The notes: a model not told the origin generated them from the letters alone. A stretch of DNA of 64,000 nt from Octopus vulgaris (GCA_951406725.2 OX597828.1:28024001-28088000); one strand, 5' to 3'; positions 26,101 to 40,089 are shown, counted from the first letter of the stretch. Numbers and translations: made by a program.

Positions 26101-29100
26101 AGTTACTGGATACTGTTGATTTACTGAGCCTATAGAAATTACAGGATACTGTTGATTTACTGAGCCTATAGAAATTAGAGGATACTATTGATTTACTGAG
26201 CCTATAGAAATTACAGGATACTATTGATTTACTGAGCCTATGGGAATTACAGGATACTGTTGATTTACTGAGCCTATAGAAATTACAGGATACTATTGGT
26301 TTACTGAGCCTATAGAAATTACAGGATACTATTGATTTACTGAGCCTATAGAAATTACAGGATACTATTGATTTACTGAGCCTATAGAAATTACAAGATA
26401 CTATTGATTTTTGAGCCTATAGAAATTACAGGATACTATTAACTGAGCCTATAGAAATTATAGGGTACTATTAATTAATTGAGCCTATAAAAATTAGAGG
26501 ATACTATTGATTTACTGACCCTATAGAAATTACAGGATACTGTTGATTTACTGAGCCTATAGAAATTACAGGATACTATTGATTTACTGAGCCTATAGAA
26601 ATTACAGGATACTGTTGATTTACTGAGCCTATAGAAATTACAGGATACTATTGATTTACTCAGCCTATATAAATTACAAGATACTATTGATTTACTGAGC
26701 CTATAGAAATTACAGGATTCTATTAACTGAGCCTATAGAAATTACAGGATACTATTAACTGAGCCTATAGAAATTATAGGGTACTGTTAATTAATTGAGC
26801 CTATAAAAATTAGAGGATACTATTGATTTGTGAGCCTATAGAAATTAGAGGATACTATTGATTAACTGAGCCTATAGAAGTTACTGGATACTGATGATTT
26901 ACTGAGCCTATAGAAATTACAGGATACTATTGATTTACTGAGCCTATAGAAATTACAATATACTAGTGATTTACTGAGCCTATAGAAATTACAGGATACT
27001 ATTAACTGAGCCTATAGAAATTATAGGGTACTATTAATTGATTGAGCCTATAAAAATTACAGGATACTATTTATTTACTGAGCCTATAGAAATTACAGTA
27101 TACTATTGATTAACTGAGCCTATAGAAGTTACTGGATACTGTTGATTTACTGAGCCTATAGAAATTACAGGATACTGTTGATTTACTGAGCCTATAGAAA
27201 TTAGAGGATACTATTGATTTACTGAGCCTATAGAAATTACAGGATACTATTGATTTACTGAGCCTATGGGAATTACAGGATACTGTTGATTTACTGAGCC
27301 TATAGAAATTACAGGATACTAATGGTTTACTGAGCCTATAGAAATTACAGGATACTATTGATTTACTGAGCCTATAGAAATTACAGGATACTATTGATTT
27401 ACTGAGCCTATAGAAATTACAAGATACTATTGATTTTCCGAGCCTATAGAAATTACAGGATACTATTAACTGAGCCTATAGAAATTATAGGGTACTATTA
27501 ATTAATTGAGCCTATAAAAATTAGAGGATACTATTGATTTACTGAGCCTATAGTAATTACAGGATACTGTTGATTTACTGAGCCTATAGAAATTACAGGA
27601 TACTATTGATTTACTGAGCCTATAGAAATTACAGGATACTGTTGATTTACTGAGCCTATGGAAATTACAGGATACTATTGATTTACTCAGCCTATATAAA
27701 TTACAAGATACTATTGATTTACTGAGCCTATAGAAATTACAGGATTCTATTAACTGAGCCTATAGAAATTACAGGATACTATTAACTGAGCCTATAGAAA
27801 TTATAGGGTACTATTAATTAATTGAGCCTATAAAAATTAGAGGATACTATTGATTTACTGAGCCTATAGAAATTAGAGGATACTATTGATTAACTGAGCC
27901 TATAGAAGTTACTGGATACTGTTGATTTACTGAGCCTCTAGAAATTACAGGATTCTATTGATTAACTGAGCCTATAGAAATTACAGGATACTGTTGATTT
28001 ACTGAGCCTATAGAAATTACAGGATACTATTGATTTACTGAGCCTATAGAAATTACAAGATACTATTGATTTACTGAGCCTATAGAAATTACAGGATACT
28101 ATTAACTGAGCCTATAGAAATTACAGGATACTATTAACTGAGCCTATAGAAATTATAGGGTACCATTGATTTACTTAGCCTATAGAAATTACAGGATACT
28201 ATTAATGAGCCTATAGAAATTATAGGGTACTATTAATTAATTGAGCCTATAAAAATTACTGGATACTATTTATTTTCTGAGCCTATAGAAATTACAGGAT
28301 ACTATTGATTTATTGAGCCTATAGAAATTACAAGATACTAGTGATTTACTGAGCCTATAGAAATTATAGGATACTATTTACTGAGACTAGAAATTATAGG
28401 GTACTATTAATTAATTGAGCCTATAAAAATTACAGGATACTATTGATTTACTGAGCCTATGGGAATTACAGGATACTGTTGATTTACTGAGCCTATAGAA
28501 ATGACAGGATACTGTTGGTTTACTGAGCCTATAGAAATTACAGGATACTATTGATTTACTGAGCCTATAGAAATTACAGGATACTATTGATTTACTGAGC
28601 CTATAGAAATTACAGGATACTATTAACTGAGCCTATAGAAATTATAGGGTACCATTGATTTACTGTGCCTATAGAAATTACAGGATACTATTAACTGAGC
28701 CTATAGAAATTATAGGGTACTATTAATTAATTGAGCCTATAAAAATTAGAAGATACTATTGATTTATTGAGCCTATAGAAATTACAGGATACTATTGATT
28801 TACTGAGCCTATAGAAATTACAGGATACTATTGATTAACTGAGCCTATAGAAATTACAGGATACTATTAACTGAGCCTATAGAAATTATAGGGTACTATT
28901 AATTAATTGAGCCTATAATAATTAGAGGATACTATTGATTTACTGAGCCTATAGAAATTACAGGATACTGTTGATTTACTGAGTCTATAGAAATTACAGG
29001 ATACTATTGATTAACTGAGCCTATAGAAATTACAGGATACTGTTGATTTACTGAGCCTATAGAAATTACAGGATACTGTTGATTTACTGAGCCTATAGAA

Positions 29101-29765
29101 ATTACAGGATACTATTGATTTACTCAGCCTATATAAATTACAAGATACTATTAATTTACTGAGCCTATAGAAATTACAGGATTCTATTAACTGAGCCTAT
29201 AGAAATTACAGGATACTATTAACTGAGCCTATAGAAATTATAGGGTACTATTAATTAATTGAGCCTATAAAAATTAGAGGATACTATTGATTTACTGAGC
29301 CTATAGAAATTAGAGGATACTATTGATTTACTGAGCCTATAGAAATTACAGGATACTATTGATTTACTGAGCCTATAGAAATTACAGGATACTATTGATT
29401 AACTGAGCCTATAGAAATTACAGGATACTGTTGATTTACTGAGCCTATAGAAATTACAGGATACTATTGATTTACTGAGCCTATAGAAATTACAAGATAC
29501 TATTGATTTACTGAGCCTATAGAAATTACAGGATACTATTAACTGAGCCTATAGAAATTACAGGATACTATTAACTGAGCCTATAGAAATTATAGGGTAC
29601 CATTGATTTACTTAGCCTATAGAAATTACAGGATACTATTAATGAGCCTATAGAAATTATAGGGTACTATCAATTAATTGAGCCTATAAAAATTACAGGA
29701 TACTATTTATTCTCTGAGCCTATAGAAATTCTAGGACAATATTTTTCACTAAGTCTACAGAAATG
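23154..29765. repeat. ~6.6 kb tandem array (minisatellite/satellite) of a 36-bp unit GAGCCTATAGAAATTACAGGATACTATTGATTTACT with 32-bp variants, roughly 185 units
   Basis: gagcct recurs every 36 bp (e.g. 23775, 23811); 32-bp units end tattaact; edges are degenerate. Confidence 0.98.
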
Positions 29766-30059
29766 ACCATCAGAATCTATTACTGCTACATTGGAGATTG
29801 GTTCTTTAAGAAAGACCCTCTGCATCAGCAGTCGAATGGTTATGAAACACTACCAAATATCGTTCAAATCATACTTCAACATCTCAAAAAAAATTTATTG
29901 AATGAGAATTGCATACTTTAGATAATGTTGTCCTACCTATCTTTCTTGCTCACACAAAAGAATGGGTGGTCATGGCTAGAGTGCTTTTCAACATAGGTCT
30001 ATCAGTCATGACTGACCTGGAGTTAAGCAACAATGCAAGACAATATATATACATATTCC

Positions 30060-30665
<606 letters not shown>

Positions 30666-30769
30666 AACAGATCATGTAAGAGGAGAGAGAGAAAGGGAGG
30701 GGTAGAAAAAGAAAGTAAAATGGAGAGGGTAGGATATTATTATATAAATACATACATACATATATATAT

Positions 30770-30817
<48 letters not shown>

Positions 30818-30900
30818 GCATATATATATATACATACATATATATATATATACACACATACATATATATATATATACACATACATATTTATACATACATA

Positions 30901-30932
<32 letters not shown>

Positions 30933-32189
30933 CACACACACACACACAACTAAGGCACACATAAACAAATACATTCATAAGGAGTATGACATGATGAACG
31001 CAAACCAATTAATATCGTCAAGCAACCTCTGTAGTAATTATCTTTATTTATGTTAGATTATAATTTTATTACTAATTTATTACTACCATCTTCCTTGATG
31101 ACTATCGCAGAAACAAGAGAGAAGTTTCTGTTGAACTCAGATCATAACTTAATTTACATATATACAGCGATAATCATTTTAGCCCAAACACTCGAGTAGA
31201 GTATTGAATTACAAAACAAAGGATATATAAAAAAAAAAGTAGACCTGAATATCACGTGATCTCTGACCACCCTTACCCGGTGAATTTAGACTCATGTGAT
31301 TATGGTTGTGCTCAAAGAATAAAAATCAATGTTCTCCTGGTTAGATTTGGCACAAGCAATACAAGATTCTCTGCAGATTGACCACAGAGCGTGTTTATGT
31401 TTGAGGCCTGATGCTTGTTCTGTCTTGTCTTTTTTGCCAAACTGCTAGGTTACAGGAATGTAAACAAACCAACACTCATTGTCAAACAGTGGGGGGGGGA
31501 CAAACACACACATACATACATATCTGTGTGTGTGTGTATATAAAGCACCCAGTACTGTCAAATGGTTGGCATTAGGAAGGGCATCCAGATGTAGAAGCCA
31601 CACCAAAACAGACATGGGGCCAGGGCAGCCCTTCAGCTGGTCAGTTGCTGTCAAACCATCCAACCCCACCCCCCAAGAAGACATTTAACAATGATGATGA
31701 TGATGGTGTATAATATGTATAACAAAGATGACCTCTGCAGGATTGGAGCTCAGAATGTAGAAAGCCTGAGGAAATGTCATTATGAATTTTACTCAACACC
31801 CTTACAATTCTGCCTGCTCAATTAATAATAATAATAATAATAATAGTAACCCTTTCTAATATAGGCACATAGATTGAAATGACTGTGGGGAGCGGCGCAT
31901 TAACAATTCTATGATAATAATAATAATAACAATAATAAACCCATCACCATTGCCACCAAATCAGTAGCCTTGTGTTTAAATTATAAATCATTTTGATCAT
32001 CATCATCGTCATAATAATAATTATAATAATAATAGTAATAATCCTTTCTACTACAGTCACAGAGCCTCGAATTTTAGGGTAGCTTCAGGGTAGGAGATAA
32101 GTCGATTGCATCAACCCTAGTTCTTACCTGATACTTATTATTATCAACCCCAAAAGGATGAAAGGCAAAGTTAACCTCTGCAGAATTTG

Positions 32190-32699
32190 ATAATACTAAT
32201 TATAATAATAGTAATAATAATAATAGTAATGACGATAATAATAATAATAATAATAGTAATGATGATAATAAATAATAGTAATAATAGTAATAATGGTAAT
32301 AATAATAATAATAATGATAATAATAATAATAATAATAATAATATTAATAATAATAATAATAATAGTAATGATAATGATAATAATGATATCAACAGCAGCA
32401 ACAATGATGATGGTGATTTACTATTTAATCATTAGAGTGCAAATCTGATGATGATGATGATAATGGGGTGGTTTGATGGTTTGTAGCTTCTTTAATTGAG
32501 CCCAGTATTCGACTGGTATTTATTTCATCGAATCAGAAAGGACAAAAGGAAAGTGAAAGTTGACTTCAGAGTTGAACTCAGAATGTTATGGATTTTTCAA
32601 TGAAAATACCCCAAGTTATATATAATTCATCACTCCACACTGATGCTTCCACCCACCACTTTATTATTATTATTATTATCATCATTATTATTATTATTA

Positions 32700-32754
<55 letters not shown>

Positions 32755-32756
32755 CA

Positions 32757-32787
<31 letters not shown>

Positions 32788-32825
32788 TATTATTATCATT
32801 ATCATTATTATTATTATTATCATAT

Positions 32826-32871
<46 letters not shown>

Positions 32872-32960
32872 TGTTATTATTATTATTATTCATTATTATT
32901 ATTATTATTGTTGTTGTTGTTATCAGCAGCAACAACAACAACAACAGCAACAGCAGCAGC
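32190..32960. repeat. (AAT)n tract (32190-32400) and (ATT)n tract (32660-32920), followed by (CAA/CAG)n
   Basis: Direct reading; decayed SINE B fragments lie beside and between the tracts. Confidence 0.95.
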
Positions 32961-33138
32961 AATAATATTAATCTCCTAATGCTTTTGGAGGTAAAAGATC
33001 TAAGCAAAAGTTGATCTAAAAAGCAAAATAGGTTTACAATCCCATTTAAACCCTGACTTAGTGAGATCATTAACGAGCATGTTATTAAATGAATGATTCA
33101 GTTTCAAGTGTGTTGGGGTTTTTTCAATATTTTGTTAA

Positions 33139-33178
<40 letters not shown>

Positions 33179-34164
33179 ACTCACTCTCTCGTATATATTT
33201 TCATTTTTTTTTAAAGTCTCATTATCCTTTCAAATATATTTTTTTTTTAAATGTTATTTTTATTTTGTTTTAGCTGATAAATCTATCATTTATATTTCCT
33301 TAATTAGAGAAACTTTGAAAAATTTACTGCAGCAAATACAAGGCTAAAAACCTGCCTCTAAGTTCTCTTTAATTTCTTTTTCTTCTTTTAATTACATAAA
33401 TATCCTCATTGCATAAGAAGAGAGAGTGAGAGAAGGGTCTGTATTTTAAAGAAATATTTACTTTTTATAAAAAAATGTTTAACTCTACTTTAGAATGTAA
33501 GGTTGATGGGTGCCTTGAAAATGCTAAATCTAAATAAACCAACAATTGAATAGGTGCCAGGTTTTAATACGAGTACAGTTTATTTATTCCTCCAATTAAA
33601 TATTTGGGGTAGTTGTGAAATCTGGGTATATGATAAATTTATCTCCTTTCTCTTGCTAGTATTGATGTGTGTGTATATAAATATATGCACACACGCATAC
33701 ATAAACGTGCACAGATATTTGTATAGATGTGTGTGCACATAGTTGCACATCTCACTTATACACCATATATATATATATATATATGTGTGTGTGTATGTGT
33801 TTGCATTTGCATGTTTGTGTATACACATATACATATATGTACATTTGTATATGTATGTACATTTGTATATGTATGCACATGTGAATGTATATATATATAT
33901 ATGTGTGTGTATGTATATTTATTTACATACAAACATGTGTGTGTATATGCTGCTTAGATGTCACTCAAGAACAAGCTTATGTTTGTTATTCTCTGCAAGA
34001 AGTAAGATGTGTTGATAAAGATAAATATTTCATCATTTATTTATATAATTCCTTAAACTCTAACCCTTGGCACATACATGGTTAATCAAAGTTTGATTGT
34101 TTCCCTTAATACAGGAATCTGATATAAAACCAACATTAGATGTGTGTAGATGTGCATGTGTAAA

Positions 34165-35158
34165 GGTAACCTTTTATCCTTCTCATTACTCTGTCAAATA
34201 GACTTATTTATTCACAGTGTTTTAAATTAAACATGAATTATCTCATAGCCTTGAGATTTTGATACTCTGGACCTTTGTATTTCGAATGACAGGAGTAAGA
34301 TGCTAGATTCAGCCAGTTTCAACAGAAAACAGGCAGAATATTTGGGTCAGAAATGACCAAATTAACCCTTTATTATTTCCATTACTCTGTCAAATGGGCA
34401 TATTTATTCATGTTGTTTTAAATTAATTGTAAATTATATAGGCGCAGGAGTGGCTGTGTGGTAAGTAGCTTGCTTACCAACCACATGGTTCCGGGTTCAG
34501 TCCCACTGCGTGGCACCTTGGGCAAGTGTCTTCTACTATAGCCTCGGGTTGACCAAAGCCTTGTGAGTGGATTTGGTAGACGGAAACTGAAAGAAGCCCG
34601 TCGTATATATATGTGTATGTGCGTGTTTGTGTGTCTGTGTTTGTCCACCCCAACATCGCTTGACAACCGATGCTGGTATGTTTACATCCCCGTAACTGAG
34701 CGGTTTGGCAAAAGAGACCGATAGTATAAGTACTAGGCTTACAAAGAATAAGTCCTGGGGTCGATTTGTTCGACTAAAAGGCGGTGCTCCAGCATGGCAA
34801 CAGTCAAATAACTGAAACAAGTAAAAGAGTAAAAAGAGAAAGTATCTCATAGCCTTGAGAGTTTGATGATATCATTCTTTCTTTATAGAATGACATTGCA
34901 GAGTACGTGTGAAATGCTAGATCTGTCCAGTTTCAGTATGTAACAGGGAGAATACTTTGGCCAGCTATGACCAGATTAGCCCATTAGTATTCACATTACC
35001 CTATTAAATGTAATAATTATTTATTCAATTTGTTTTGAGTTAATCATGAATTATCTCATAGTTTTGAAATTTCAGTGATGTGATTGTTTCTTTTTAGAGT
35101 GACCATGTAGGGTAAATGTGAGGGGCCAGATATGGACAGTTTAAATGCTAAGGGTGTA
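34165..35158. mobile_element. Three tandem copies of a ~195-bp MITE-like repeat (ttaaccct start, piggyBac-like); middle copy split by SINE A
   Basis: attactctgtcaaat...ttattca...tatctcatagccttgaga...gaatgac repeated at ~34167, ~34361 (resuming at 34842) and ~34976. Confidence 0.65.
34441..34838 (+). mobile_element. SINE family A, full-length reference copy
   Basis: tRNA-like head (tggctgtgtgg A box, ggttcagtccc B box), internal (AT/GT)n, gtaaaagagtaaaaag tail. Confidence 0.92.
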
Positions 35159-35459
35159 AATACTTCCATGTAGACAAACTACTTGGAATCTGGGGCAAGC
35201 ATCTTTTACTGTAGCCTTGGGTCAAATCAGCCCTTGTGATTGAAATTGAGAGGATGGAAACTGCATAGAATCCCCATTCGATAGATTGTTTATTTAATTC
35301 AAAAGGTACAGTGTGATCACACACTGATCCACACTGGTTATTCTTGAGAATAAATCATGTTAAGGATACACATGTGTGAGGAATACTCAACCACATACAA
35401 TCTCATTCAATAATTAGGCTATTCAGTTGATCAAACAATTGAAATTGCTGACGATCTTT

Positions 35460-35836
35460 TATTCTTTTACTTGTTTCAGCCATTAGACTATGGCCATGCT
35501 GGGGCACCACCACCCCTGTACTTTCTTTTTCATATTTTTTTAGCCTGGCATTTATTCTATTGGTCTCTTTTACTGAACTGCTAAGTTACAAGGACGTAAA
35601 CAAACCAACACTGGTTGTCAAACAGTGGTGGTGGGGACAAACACTGACATAAGAACAGGCACACACTCACACCCATGTACAATGAATTACTTTCAGTTTT
35701 CACATACCAAATCCACTGACAAGGCTTTGGTTGGCCTGAGGCTGGAGTGGCAGACACTTGTCCAAGGTGCCACACAGTGGAACTGAACCCGGAACCATGT
35801 TACTGGGAAGCAAGCTTCTTACCACACAACCACGTC
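35460..35836 (-). mobile_element. SINE family A
   Basis: Reverse-complement similarity to 34441-34838. Confidence 0.8.
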
Positions 35837-37214
35837 TGAAAATTTTACTTTATTAAATCATGTGGAACCACACATGCCCACTCACATATGAACACACACA
35901 CACACACACACAAACACATGTATGTGTATGTATTATCATATTTATCATCATCACTATCGTCATTTAACGTCCCCTTTTCCATGCTTGCATGGGTCAGACA
36001 GAATTTGTTGAGGCAGATTTTCTATGGCCAGATGCTCTTCCTGTCTCTAACCCTCACCTGTTTCCAAGCAATATTTCCCATGGTCAGACATGTTTTCCAC
36101 AGAAGATTGGAAGAGAACAACATCACTTTTATGATGATGATGCTTGTTCACAACCATTACATGGCATCAAGACACAGGTACACACGCATATATGGCAGGC
36201 TTCTTTCAGTTTCCATCTAATGAATCCATTCACAAGGCTTTGGTTAGCCTTCGACTATAATCGAAGACAAGTCTTCAAAGTACTGCACAGTGAAACTAAA
36301 ACCAAGAGCACATAGTCAGGATTAAAAAAAGAGCAAATGTCCTTCCGTAGGTTCATAAGACTGGTTTTCCGGATTCTGTGGTGTAAAATGATTCCCCACC
36401 AAGATGGGATGCCAGTCCATTGCAGGATTTCTCCTTTCTGCTGTCTGAGTGGATTGCAGCAGTGTGATGTCTTGCAAACAACTTGCACATGCAAGTGCTA
36501 CCAGTTAAAAGCTCCGTATGCCGGAAGCTAGCAAGTGTATGGGGTCATCAGGAGAGAATGCGTGCCGTTTCGGGGCCTACCTCTCGACGGCATCAATGCG
36601 CACCGGCCCCCCTCACTGATATGAGGCCCCGCTCGCTAGATCAGCTGGATATGAAGAACTCAATATACTTTCTTCATAACCAGAAGAAATATTTTGCTCA
36701 AGAGCATAATACATCACCCAGTCTATGAATTGAAACCACAATCTTACAGTTATGAGTAAAACACCCTAAAATACACGGCCATGCAGATATGTATCTGTAT
36801 GTATGTATACAGATGTGTGTGTGCGCGTGCATGTGTGTGTGTGTATAATATTTGGAGGCAGACCTTTTCAATTCTAGTCTCTAGAAAGCTAAAGTAGAAT
36901 GAATTCTTGTACCTGTTATTGATTTCTAGGACACCTTCAGACATTTTACTATTACTCTGCATCAATGTGTAATTTAGATTAAGAGATTACTCTTATCCAT
37001 GTTCTGTAGACATTAAACACACCGGTTCGGTGTCTATTCCTACTTATCTGCAAATAATGAAACCACGGGAGATACATCCATGGATCTCTATATGGGATTA
37101 TATCATATTTTATCTCTGATCATCATTATTAGTTTATTTGATCCTTGCATGAAGGTGACTTGAAATACTGGGTTAATAAATAGTATGAATGGGATGTCTG
37201 CATTATTATTGTTG

Positions 37215-37407
37215 TTGTTATTATTATTATTATTATTATTTTCATTAGCATCTTCTTTGAATTCTCTTTTCATTTCTTGCTGAGTGTCTTCCTGATACCT
37301 AGAGCAGAGAAATCTACTGTATACATTAGTAGGCCATTAAAATAAACACGTCAAATTGTTCATTTAAAAAGTCATGTGATAGAGAAAAAGGAAAAAAATA
37401 AAAGTAT

Positions 37408-37445
<38 letters not shown>

Positions 37446-37612
37446 TTCATTAGCATCTTCTTTGAATTCTCTTTCCATTTCTTGCTGAGTGTCTTCCTGA
37501 TACCTAGGGCAGAGAAATGTACTGTATACGTTAGTAGGCCATTAAAATAAACAAACCAAATTGTTAATTTACAAAGTCATGTGATAGAGAAAAAGGAAAA
37601 AAATTAAAATAA
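37215..37612 (-). mobile_element. Two tandem copies of the R4/Dong 3' UTR in (TTA)n
   Basis: ttcattagcatcttc...cttgctgagtgtcttcctga...taggccattaaaata...gtcatgtgataga occurs twice and is the reverse complement of 13315-13465. Confidence 0.85.
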
Positions 37613-37639
37613 TCATTATTATTATTATTATTATTATTA

Positions 37640-38013
37640 TTACCTCCACCTTAGCAAAGGTAGAGGTATTGTTTACAGTCATGTTTGTTTGATTATTTGT
37701 CCATGGTCAAGATATCTCAAGAACTGCTAGATGGATTCGGATGAAACTTTCAGGGTTGTTTGGCCTCATGACTGGCACAAACTGATTAAATTTTGGGATC
37801 AATCTGGTACCAGACAAGGATTCTGGATTATTTTTCCGTTTTTTTTTTTTTTACTTAATTGTTGAGAGCTGTTGGGTTCATTTTTAGTATTCTCATTTGT
37901 GAGAGCAGTTGAGTTTATTTCAGATAGTCTCATTTTAAAATTCATCTCTGGCTAAATGTTGAAAAGATGTTGGTGTTGCCATGGCAGAGATTTGCACGCT
38001 CAGAGTGCTCTTG
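37640..38013 (+). mobile_element. Helentron-associated non-autonomous element (HINE/DINE-1-like)
   Basis: Starts ttacctccacc...gaggtattgttt and ends ggcagagatttgcacgctcagagtgctc. Decayed subterminal inverted repeat plus 3' hairpin; internal tggatgaaactt-like motif. Confidence 0.7.
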
Positions 38014-38037
38014 TTGTTATTGTTGTTATTATCATAT

Positions 38038-38465
38038 AAAAGTGATGAGCTGGTAGAATCCTTAGCATACCAAGTAAAATGCTTAGCAACATCTCATCTG
38101 TCTTAATGTTCTGAGTTCAAATTCTGCTGAGATTGACTTTACCTTTCATCCTTTGAAGGTTGATAAATTAACTACCAGTTGCGTACTGGGGTCAATCTAA
38201 TCGACTTACCCCTCCCTTAAATTTCAGGCTTTGTGCCTAGAATGGAAAAGATTGTTGCTATTGATAGAATCATTAGCAAAGTGGCAAAATACTTGGCAGC
38301 ATTTCATCTATCAGTAGATTCTGAGTTCAAATTCTGCTGAGGTCGACTTTGCCTTTCATCCCTTTCAGGGTCAATTATACAAGTACCAGTCGAGTACGAG
38401 AGTCATTGTAATCGATTATCCCCTTCCCCTAATATTTCAATGCTTGTCCCTATAGTAGAAAGGAT
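38038..38465 (+). mobile_element. Two tandem SINE family B copies
   Basis: gttctgagttcaaattctgctgag...gactttgcctttcatcc occurs twice. Confidence 0.8.
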
Positions 38466-38484
38466 TATTATTATTATTGTTATT

Positions 38485-39010
38485 GAGTGAGAGAGCAGTG
38501 CATGCCATCAAAGTGACATTGGGGTACAGATATACGTAACCCAGTATACCCATCATAACCACCTGTCTGATAAGGGTGCACCAGGCACATGCATCACAAC
38601 CATATGTGTGCAACATGGTGATCTCATATCAAGATAAATAGTGCATGACTTTGCAGCAGTTAGAATTTTCTTTAGGTCGAGTAGCCCATCCCACTCAAAA
38701 GGTCCCTGATTGAGGGTTGTTTAAGGATGTTTCCAGAGGTGAATTATTGAAACCCCCCAAAATTCCTCTCAACAACACATGGCTATGATGCTCCCCAATA
38801 ATTTCAGCTCATGATCAGAGATGCACATATCCTCAGCCACTAAGGGACGTGCTCAACTGGTTATGGTCAAGCAACCGACAAGCAAATCTGTTGTATTGAG
38901 CAAGATATTTGCTGTAGCCCATCTTTTATAGCAAGACAAAACAATGTACATGATAATATTCCCAATCAGTTAAGAAGAGAAGCTATGAGAGCCACTGCCT
39001 GGTACTGCAT
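38485..39010. repeat. Unclassified interspersed-repeat-like segment abutting (TTA)n
   Basis: Higher-GC block beginning at a (TTA)n tract like a retroposon 3' end. No second copy in the window. Confidence 0.35.
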
Positions 39011-39119
39011 ATCATTAATGGGTCTTCATGTAATAATCTTCACTTTTGACAACTAGAAACTATCAATTTGTTATGATTTTAAACTGTTGATATCAGCCAT
39101 TGAGCATTTCAAATGTGTG

Positions 39120-39280
39120 GGTCAGTCGTTGGTCTGATTGGTTGGCTCATTGGTTAGTTGGTTGCTCAGTTGCTCAGTTGCTCAGTCGCTTGTTTGGCTG
39201 GCTGGCTGGTTCGCTGGTCAGTCGGTCGGTCAGTTGATTGGTTGGTTGGTTGGCTGGCTGGTTGGTTGGTTGGTTGGTGG
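39120..39280. repeat. Degenerate (GGTT)n/(GGCT)n tetranucleotide repeat
   Basis: Direct reading. Confidence 0.85.
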
Positions 39281-40038
39281 TATCACATAGAAAAAGAATC
39301 TGTAGTTGCTAAGTAGCATCACCTGTTGAAAATGCAAACTGTTTTGTTAAATGGTTTTGGGTCTAGTTTGTTTACATTTTAGCTTTTGCGTGTGTATTTT
39401 TTTTTAAACTTGCTTTCTGCCAACAAAAGACAAAAAAAAAAATTAAATAACAAAGAAAGAAGAAAAAAAAACCACACACAACACAAACAACGAACATCAT
39501 TCTAAACTAAACATTCTGACAAAATGGTTTGAGTTTTAATACAATGTTGTGTGAATCATGAGTATTAATGTCACTTGCTGCCAGCTACGGTTTATTTCCC
39601 CAGGTTCCTCTGCCAGCCAGTATGTTGATTGCAACATTAAGAATTTAAATACATAACAAAAGAAAAAAAAAAAAAAAAACACAAAACAAAGAAAGCATGC
39701 ACGAAAACCATTCCTAAGCAAATCAAATATGATTGCTTTATTTTTTTTTTTTTTAGAGATGCGTACACTAAATTTTTGGCTAATTATTCTAAATGCTGCA
39801 GTTTACTGAACCAGGATTTTTTTTCCCAGGAATAAAGTGATTACCTAAACCTCTGGAATAATTTTTTTTTTTTCTCAACCAATAGCTACAAGGCAGCGTT
39901 TGTAGAATATTGATGGGATCTGATGAAATCTTTCTTGCTCCAGTCTGTCTTGAAGCTTTCTTTAAATAAATAAATATATATATACATATATATATATGTA
40001 TATATGTATATATATATATATATGTGTATATGTATATG

Positions 40039-40089
<51 letters not shown>

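Noticed and set aside
23230-29730. Selenoprotein or readthrough ORF with one in-frame TGA per 12 codons
   Set aside because: Frequent 32-bp units shift the frame and introduce TAA/TAG; there is no start, splice or SECIS evidence.
23154-29765. CRISPR array (36-bp, partly palindromic repeat)
   Set aside because: Units are contiguous with no unique spacers, there are no cas genes, and the context is eukaryotic. It is a tandem satellite.
32171-33070. Poly-I, poly-L, poly-N and poly-Q ORFs
   Set aside because: Translations of trinucleotide microsatellites.
36571-36640. HDV-like ribozyme
   Set aside because: A P1-like 7-8-bp pairing exists, but no P3/L3, P1.1 GG or P2 pseudoknot could be assigned on either strand.
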